From Nanoarchaeum equitans Kin4-M (GTDB taxonomy: Archaea > Nanobdellota > Nanobdellia > Nanobdellales > Nanoarchaeaceae), in assembly GCA_000008085.1 (NCBI GenBank), contig AE017199.1, positions 300,001-332,000 on the forward strand: a DNA stretch of 32,000 nt, read 5' to 3'. This document shows positions 24,241-29,430 of this stretch, piece by piece. The position numbers were made by a program, and so were the translations under genes. Below the pieces are notes generated by a model. It had not been told where the DNA came from and searched no databases. It was given only the letters and a program-made list of their open reading frames with translations. Every line of letters starts with the position of its first letter. Position 1 is the stretch's first letter.

Positions 24241-25072
24241 CAGATTCAAATTGTTGTAATAGCAATAATTCCTCTGTAGTAATTGGTTCTCCCCTCATTA
24301 GCTTTTCGTCTATTTCTTTTATTTTAGATTTAACCGCTTCTAAGTCTATTTCCTCTATAGGCAATGGTTTGCCCATTGTCATAGCCAACATTTCTAATTT
24401 CTTTTGTATCTCTTCGTCTGTTTTTATGTATTCTTGTTTAACCTTAGTATATTGATCTTCAATTTCTTTAAGCCTAGCTCTTAATTCGTCTAATTTCTTT
24501 AATAACTCTTGCATTGTTTCTCTAACTTTTTTCTTCTCCATTAATGCATCTCTTATTCTTTCCTTGATTATATTTAGCTCTTTTTGTTTTTCAATTAATT
24601 GTCTATTTAGCTCTTCAAATTCCATCGCAATTGGGTTTTCTTGAATTTCCATTAACTTTTTCTCTAATTTTCTTATTCTTTCAATTATTTCTTTTTCTTG
24701 TTTATAGCTCAACACTTCGGTTTGCAATATTCTTTCCAATATTTCAATTTCCCTCCTAATTTTCTTTGGATTAACATCACTTGGTAATTTTTTCAATTCC
24801 TCCCCATATTTTTCGTTTATTTCGCTTAATCGCTCCCTAATCTTTTTTATTTCCTCCAATAGTTTGTTTTTCTCTTCCATTAAACTATTTAATTCTTCAG
24901 TTAATGCTTGTTTTTTCGCCTTTAACTCTCTAACTTTTGAAACATATACCCTAATCTCTTCTTTCAAAGCTCTTTTTTCTTTTAACAATTGCTCCCTCTC
25001 TTTGTTTAACTTCAATAACTTCCTTCTCAGAAAAATAATTTGTCGGCGCAACTCTGCTTGGCCAATACTCAC
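24233..25072 (-). CDS. archaeal coiled-coil protein (COG1340-like)
   Basis: 279 aa, with near-continuous heptad repeats rich in E/K/L. Confidence 0.6.
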   Translation of the reverse strand: MSIGQAELRRQIIFLRRKLLKLNKEREQLLKEKRALKEEIRVYVSKVRELKAKKQALTEELNSLMEEKNKLLEEIKKIRERLSEINEKYGEELKKLPSDVNPKKIRREIEILERILQTEVLSYKQEKEIIERIRKLEKKLMEIQENPIAMEFEELNRQLIEKQKELNIIKERIRDALMEKKKVRETMQELLKKLDELRARLKEIEDQYTKVKQEYIKTDEEIQKKLEMLAMTMGKPLPIEEIDLEAVKSKIKEIDEKLMRGEPITTEELLLLQQFESVR

Positions 25073-25115
25073 GACGAATAAGAGAGAATTTTATTTAAAA
25101 ATACCAATCTTTAAA

Positions 25116-25343
25116 CTACTTTTCCACCTTTATAGCCCCTGTTGGGCAGGCATTAGCAGCATCTTCAGCACAATCAAGTTTATCCACTTCTATAGAGGCA
25201 ACCCCATCTTTATATAATGCTTTTACTCCATTTTTGACTAAAGCGACTTTACCATCTTCATCTGGTACAAAGAAGGTGGAACAAATCGCATGGCAAGCCA
25301 TACAACCAATACATTTGTTTTTGTCATGTATTATGCGTGGCAT
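25116..25343 (-). CDS. small 4Fe-4S ferredoxin
   Basis: 75 aa. CIGCMACHAIC cluster motif plus distal C...CP (CAEDAANACP). Confidence 0.85.
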   Translation of the reverse strand: MPRIIHDKNKCIGCMACHAICSTFFVPDEDGKVALVKNGVKALYKDGVASIEVDKLDCAEDAANACPTGAIKVEK

Positions 25344-25350
25344 TTATAAT
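25343..25350 (+). promoter_or_regulatory. TATA box of C/D sRNA 25371-25422
   Basis: TTTATAAT starts 28 nt upstream of box C. Confidence 0.5.
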
Positions 25351-25370
25351 TGGGATTATTCCCTTTATAT

Positions 25371-25422
25371 GTGATGAAAGCGTACCCCACTGATTAGTGA
25401 TGTGAGATGCGCGCGGCTGACA
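25371..25422 (+). ncRNA. C/D box sRNA
   Basis: GUGAUGA(25371-77)-AAGCGUACCCCA(12)-CUGA(25390-93)-UUA-GUGAUGU(25397-403)-GAGAUGCGCGCGG(13)-CUGA(25417-20), followed by a T5 run. Forms a GC-rich island in an AT-rich spacer. Confidence 0.8.
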
Positions 25423-25463
25423 CTACTTTTTAGTTACATGTTGTAGGTCAAAGGTGTCCAAAA

Positions 25464-25590
25464 ATTTCACTAAGAAAAAAGGGTATACATATCTTGGTTT
25501 TTAGTGGTATGTTAACTGTTATATACACGTTAACAGTTAACGTTAACGCTACCGGAATAAAACTTGTGATTCCCAAATTCTTAGTGAAAT
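25464..25590. repeat. nested inverted repeats: outer 13-bp arms ATTTCACTAAGAA / TTCTTAGTGAAAT, 101 bp apart; inner 10-bp arms GTTAACTGTT / AACAGTTAAC; four GTTAAC sites
   Basis: Outer arms 25464-25476 and 25578-25590. Inner arms 25511-25520 and 25532-25541. GTTAAC at 25511, 25529, 25536 and 25542. Tandem AGTGAAAT x2 at 25583-25598. Confidence 0.85.
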
Positions 25591-25688
25591 AGTGAAATTG
25601 CTTGGGACTTTCGGTTAGAGACGTCGCACTATATAGTGGTTATAACGGCGAAATGTCAGCCTTTAAACTTTTTATAATAAAAGCTCTA

Positions 25689-26285
25689 ATGGCCTACAAT
25701 AAGAAATATGCTGATTGGAAAAGAAAGATATGGTTTACTATAAAAGCGCCAGCCATTTTTAATGAAGTAGAGTTAGGCGAAACCCCTGCATATAAACCAG
25801 AACAAGTAATTGGTAGAAGAGTAGAATTAAATATGGCTTTAGTAACAAATAACTATCAATTGCAAAACTATAAGGGAATATTCAAAATAACAAAAGTTGA
25901 GGGAACTACTGCAAAAACAGAATTAGAAGGGATTAAAATGTATGAATCTATAATACAAAAATGGGTTGAACCCGGGAGAGATAAAATTACCGACTCCTTT
26001 GTAATAAAGGATAAAGACAATAGATTAGTTAGGGTAAAACCCGTATTAATAACCAATAGAAGGTTACATAGAAAGCAAGGCACCGCTATAAGAAATATAT
26101 GGAGAAACTATTTTGTAGAGTTAGGCAAAAAGTTATCTTTTGAAGATATGGTTATGAAAATATTAAACAAAGAAATACCAGAGCAATTGAAAATACAAAT
26201 CAAAAAGATATACCCTCCATTGTTTTTTGCTATTAGGCAATTCTATTTAGAGCCAAGAGAGAAACATATACTATTAATAGAATGA
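25689..26285 (+). CDS. rps3ae: ribosomal protein eS1 (S3Ae)
   Basis: MAYNKKYADWKRKIWFTIKAPAIFNEVELGETPAYKPEQVIGRRVE matches the S3Ae N-terminus. The ATG at 25689 lies 28 nt downstream of TTTATAAT (25661-68). The track's TTG start at 25602 adds a non-homologous extension. Confidence 0.9.
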   Translation: MAYNKKYADWKRKIWFTIKAPAIFNEVELGETPAYKPEQVIGRRVELNMALVTNNYQLQNYKGIFKITKVEGTTAKTELEGIKMYESIIQKWVEPGRDKITDSFVIKDKDNRLVRVKPVLITNRRLHRKQGTAIRNIWRNYFVELGKKLSFEDMVMKILNKEIPEQLKIQIKKIYPPLFFAIRQFYLEPREKHILLIE

Positions 26286-26446
26286 AATTCTTAGAGAACT
26301 GTAAATATACTTTAAAAAATGCTATTTATCCAAACAAAAAGCAATACTTTTTTGCTTTAAAAATATCATTATTAATAATGTCTCTAGTTGGTGGTGTAGG
26401 ATTCCTAATGCATTTAGTATTCACATTCTTATTAAAATATCTATAA
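26282..26446 (+). CDS. secE: protein translocase subunit SecE/Sec61-gamma (54 aa, below ORF-track cutoff)
   Basis: Own translation: MKFLENCKYTLKNAIYPNKKQYFFALKISLLIMSLVGGVGFLMHLVFTFLLKYL*. Tail-anchored TM with the SecE-like P.kk.y....k......l.G.iGf pattern. The start overlaps the rps3ae stop (ATGA). Confidence 0.65.
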   Translation: MKFLENCKYTLKNAIYPNKKQYFFALKISLLIMSLVGGVGFLMHLVFTFLLKYL

Positions 26447-26454
26447 AATTCTAA

Positions 26455-26982
26455 GTGAGGGCAGTAAGCTGGGTTTTAGGTTTAGTAGTAGCTATAGTTT
26501 TATCTTTAATTAGCTTTTTTATTGTATCTTTCCCATTGCAATATTCTGGAAATAAAGGATTGCCTTATTTGTTATCGCCCGCAGAGAAAACAATGCAAAC
26601 ATTTACACTAAACGAATCCTATTGTAATATTCTATGTATAAAATATAAAGCGGGACAAAATGTTGATAAAACTTTATTAGAAAAATGTGAGCAAAAATAT
26701 AACTTAGGTTGTTACAAACCAAACATAAAACCTATAGTTTTTGCGAAACCTGTGAAAAACAAAGCATTATATTGTCATTGTTATGTTTATGAACCCAATA
26801 CTAAACCTTCGTGTACTAGTTTTTATGAATCTGTCAAATCTATATTGGAAGGCAATACTATTAGTGTATTAAATGTAGAGGAGAGAGATTGTAATGAAGT
26901 TTGTGTAAACTTTTTAAAAACTTATTGTGAAACAAATTCTGGTGATTGTTCTATGGCAAACCAATGTGTGTATGTAAGATAA
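26455..26982 (+). CDS. N-terminally anchored Cys-rich extracytoplasmic protein, unknown family
   Basis: 175 aa, GTG start. TM/signal VLGLVVAIVLSLISFFIVSF, then 12 cysteines in ~120 aa. Confidence 0.5.
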   Translation: MRAVSWVLGLVVAIVLSLISFFIVSFPLQYSGNKGLPYLLSPAEKTMQTFTLNESYCNILCIKYKAGQNVDKTLLEKCEQKYNLGCYKPNIKPIVFAKPVKNKALYCHCYVYEPNTKPSCTSFYESVKSILEGNTISVLNVEERDCNEVCVNFLKTYCETNSGDCSMANQCVYVR

Positions 26983-27012
26983 TTCTTTAAACTTTATATA
27001 TCCCTATACGGA

Positions 27013-27333
27013 ATGGAGTTTTGTCCAAAAGATGGATCTATACTAATTCCTAAAAAAGAGGGAGATAAAACCTATTTGGTTTGCCCTGTTTGTGGGTATA
27101 AAAAGGAAGTAACCTCTTTGGTTATAAAGGAAGAAGTTAAGAAAAAAGAAGAATTAGGTAAAGGTATTGCTGAAAAAGAAACAATCTATTCCAAAGCCAA
27201 AGGTGTTAAATGTCCAAAATGCAGTAGCGAAGAAGTTGTTTACTTTACATTGCAAACCAGGGCAAGCGATGAAGCAGAAACTATATTTTACAAATGTTTA
27301 AAATGTGGTTACACTTGGAGAGAGTATGAATAA
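27013..27333 (+). CDS. tfs: transcription factor S (TFS; RpoM/TFIIS-type)
   Basis: 106 aa. N-terminal Zn ribbon CPKDGS...CPVCG. C-terminal ribbon CPKCSSEEVVYFTLQTRASDEAETIFYKCLKCGYTW with the acidic DE hairpin. Confidence 0.9.
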   Translation: MEFCPKDGSILIPKKEGDKTYLVCPVCGYKKEVTSLVIKEEVKKKEELGKGIAEKETIYSKAKGVKCPKCSSEEVVYFTLQTRASDEAETIFYKCLKCGYTWREYE

Positions 27334-27341
27334 TTTTTAAA
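27334..27341 (+). promoter_or_regulatory. TATA box of tRNA-Met/Ile(CAU)
   Basis: TTTTTAAA starts 28 nt upstream of tRNA nt 1. Confidence 0.6.
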
Positions 27342-27361
27342 TCGTTTCTTTTATTCTATTG

Positions 27362-27500
27362 GCCGCCGTAGCTCAGCGGTCAGAGCGCCCGGCTCATAGC
27401 ATGGGCTATGAGCTCTGACCCGAAAGGGGATGATCTCGGGGGCTCTTATGCCCCCTCGTGAGAAACCGGGAGGTCGCGGGTTCGAATCCCGCCGGCGGCA
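27362..27500 (+). tRNA. tRNA with anticodon CAU (elongator Met or Ile2) interrupted by a 66-nt intron after nt 37
   Basis: Exon 1 GCCGCCG-UA-GCUC-AGCGGUCA-GAGC-G-CCCGG-CUCAUA. Exon 2 A-CCGGG-AGGUC-GCGGG-UUCGAAU-CCCGC-CGGCGGC-A. The mature loop is CUCAUAA. Confidence 0.9.
27399..27464 (+). other. tRNA intron (canonical 37/38 position)
   Basis: A BHB-compatible drawing exists. The anticodon stem is followed by a 3-nt bulge A27463-A27465 on the 3' strand, a 4-bp helix C27393-A27396 / U27459-G27462, and a bulge U27397-G27399 on the 5' strand. An internal GC hairpin GGGGGC-UCUUAU-GCCCCC lies at 27438-27455. Confidence 0.7.
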
Positions 27501-27535
27501 TCACAATTTTTATATAAACCTAACCAATAATATGA

Positions 27536-27826
27536 ATGGCATACAAAATAGAAAAAGATAAAATAAACACAAATAAAGAAAAGAGTATTCTTACCGAAAT
27601 AGAAGAAGTTTTAAAAACAATAATTAGAGAAAGTAAAGATACTCCTTATGCCCTAGTTACTGCTCTTTCCTCCTTTATTCTGATTTTCTTTATTATATTT
27701 GGTTCTGCAATTTGTAATTTGTCTAATTTAGGAAAAGATTATTGCTGGTTATCAATTGTTCTGATTATATTGTTTAATATACTTTTTGCTTTTATAATAA
27801 CACTTAAATCCATACAATGTAAATGA
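27536..27826 (+). CDS. small two-TM membrane protein, unknown function
   Basis: 96-aa ORF with a charged N-terminus and two hydrophobic helices (ALVTALSSFILIFFIIFGSAI; WLSIVLIILFNILFAFIITL). Confidence 0.4.
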   Translation: MAYKIEKDKINTNKEKSILTEIEEVLKTIIRESKDTPYALVTALSSFILIFFIIFGSAICNLSNLGKDYCWLSIVLIILFNILFAFIITLKSIQCK

Positions 27827-28224
27827 TTAATTAAAATTTAATAATTGGGGATAATATTGCATAGAGATATTTTTTGGTTAAAACATTCTTTACGAACAAA
27901 GGGTTCTCTCGATAACTAAAGATAAATATATACTTCCTGTATCAAGAGAGAAATCAAGCACAACAGAGAGGATAAGAAAAAAAATACTATAGTGTAGTTT
28001 TCTATGATAATAATCTGAAGGCCTTATCAATTTATCAATTATTGTTGGATCAACCGGGGAATTAAACCTAACTCCCAGAATGTAACAAATTTTAATATTG
28101 TCACCATGTTATGTACTCAATTAACTAGCATCTTCTATTTTTATTGAGTTTCTATTATATAACCAATCAATAAACTTTACTTATATACTCCAGGTCTAAA
28201 GATTTGATATCCATTATATAGATT

Positions 28225-28872
28225 TTATAAATCTATCTCTTCATCTTTATTTAATACAATCGCTTCTACTCCCTTTTCTTCGGCTTTTCTTTTAAATTCG
28301 TATGGATCGGCTTTAATTATTGGCCATGTATTATAATGCATTGGTATAACTATTTTTGGTTTAAGCAAATCTATTGCCTTTAGAGCTTGGTCAATATCCA
28401 TTGTAAATACCCCCCCAATAGGTAACAAAGCAACATCTATTTTAAATAGCTCTCCAATTAGTTCCATATCTTTGAAAACCATTGTATCTCCAGCATGGTA
28501 TATGGTTTTATTTCCCTTAATTACAAACCCTCCAGGATTTCCCAAGGGATAAGCTTTTCCATTGTAATATAAAGTAGAGCTGTGCACTGCAGGCACTAAA
28601 CTAACCTTTTCTCCAATATCTATAGTGCCTCCAAAGTTCATGCCTATGCTTTCTATATTAAATTGCTTAACGAATTCTGCTATTTCATATATAGAAATAA
28701 CTTTGGCATTGTTTTTCTTGGCAATCTCTATAGTATTACCAAAATGGTCATTATGAGCATGCGTTACCAATACATAATCTACTTCAGGTATTGTTTCTAT
28801 GTATGGATCTATTATTAGCCTGTTCTTATGCTCTATAATAAAAGCGCTGTGTCCCATGTATTTGATTTTCAT
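28225..28872 (-). CDS. metallo-beta-lactamase-fold hydrolase (UPF0173 family)
   Basis: 215 aa. MKIKYMGHSAFIIE start, THAHNDHFGN metal motif, and HYNTWP near the C-terminus. Confidence 0.85.
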   Translation of the reverse strand: MKIKYMGHSAFIIEHKNRLIIDPYIETIPEVDYVLVTHAHNDHFGNTIEIAKKNNAKVISIYEIAEFVKQFNIESIGMNFGGTIDIGEKVSLVPAVHSSTLYYNGKAYPLGNPGGFVIKGNKTIYHAGDTMVFKDMELIGELFKIDVALLPIGGVFTMDIDQALKAIDLLKPKIVIPMHYNTWPIIKADPYEFKRKAEEKGVEAIVLNKDEEIDL

Positions 28873-28898
28873 AGAATAGTTATTCTAAACCATTAAAA

Positions 28899-28950
28899 TA
28901 TCTGAGCCTCTGGCATTCATCATTTCTCAGCAACGACAGGACTCTTCACA
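28899..28950 (-). ncRNA. C/D box sRNA candidate with degenerate terminal boxes
   Basis: Minus strand reads GUGAAGA-GUCCUGUCGUUG(12)-CUGA-GAA-AUGAUGA-AUGCCAGAGGCU(12)-CAGA. Both spacers are 12 nt. The internal D'/C' boxes are canonical; terminal C (UGAAGA) and D (CAGA) are variants. Confidence 0.55.
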
Positions 28951-28968
28951 CAAAATATTTTTTAATCC

Positions 28969-28976
28969 AATTAAAG
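28969..28976 (-). promoter_or_regulatory. possible TATA box of sRNA 28899-28950
   Basis: CTTTAATT on the minus strand, ~27 nt upstream of the first box. A weaker match than the others. Confidence 0.35.
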
Positions 28977-28986
28977 TTTTATTCTA

Positions 28987-29430
28987 ATGGATGTTTCTAC
29001 CCAAAGGAGGATGGCTGCTGAAATACTAAAGGTTGGACTTGATAGGGTATGGATAGACCCCAACCATTTAAAAGAAGTAGCAGAGGCATTAACTAAAGAT
29101 GATATTAGAGAGTTAATAAAGAGAGGGATAATAAAAAAACTTCCAATAGAGGGCCAATCTAGAAAAAGAGCTAGAGAATTGCATGAAAAAAAGAAAAAAG
29201 GTAGAAGAAGGGGACCAGGTTCTAGGAAAGGTAAAAGAACTGCTAGAGCAGATCCAAAGAGACAATGGATTAATAAAGTTAGGGCTCAAAGAAAGCTATT
29301 AAAAGAGCTAAAGGAAAAAAAGATTATTGATAACAAAACATATTGGGATTTGTATAAGAAAGTTAAGGGTAATCTATTCAAATCGAGATCCCATCTATTG
29401 TTATACCTTAAGCAAAAAGGTATCATGTGA
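28987..29430 (+). CDS. rpl19e: ribosomal protein eL19 (L19e)
   Basis: 147 aa. QRRMAAEILKVGLDRVWIDPNHLKEVAEALTKDDIRELIKRGII...GRRRGPGSRKGKRTAR. Confidence 0.92.
   Translation: MDVSTQRRMAAEILKVGLDRVWIDPNHLKEVAEALTKDDIRELIKRGIIKKLPIEGQSRKRARELHEKKKKGRRRGPGSRKGKRTARADPKRQWINKVRAQRKLLKELKEKKIIDNKTYWDLYKKVKGNLFKSRSHLLLYLKQKGIM

Noticed and set aside
25602-25688. TTG-initiated 29-codon N-terminal extension of rps3ae in the ORF track
   Set aside because: Homology to S3Ae begins at MAYNKKYADWKRK (ATG 25689). That ATG sits 28 nt downstream of a TTTATAAT box, and the extension would run through the palindrome-rich spacer.
27408-27461. C/D-like boxes inside the tRNA(CAU) intron (AUGAGC, CUGA, AUGAUC, GUGA), including a possible compensated K-turn AUGAUC...GUGA flanking the GC hairpin
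   Set aside because: The box order and spacing leave no 10-12-nt guide segments. The space between AUGAUC and GUGA is a self-paired hairpin, and the GUGAG nucleotides are needed for the BHB helix. It is not callable as an intron-encoded methylation guide.
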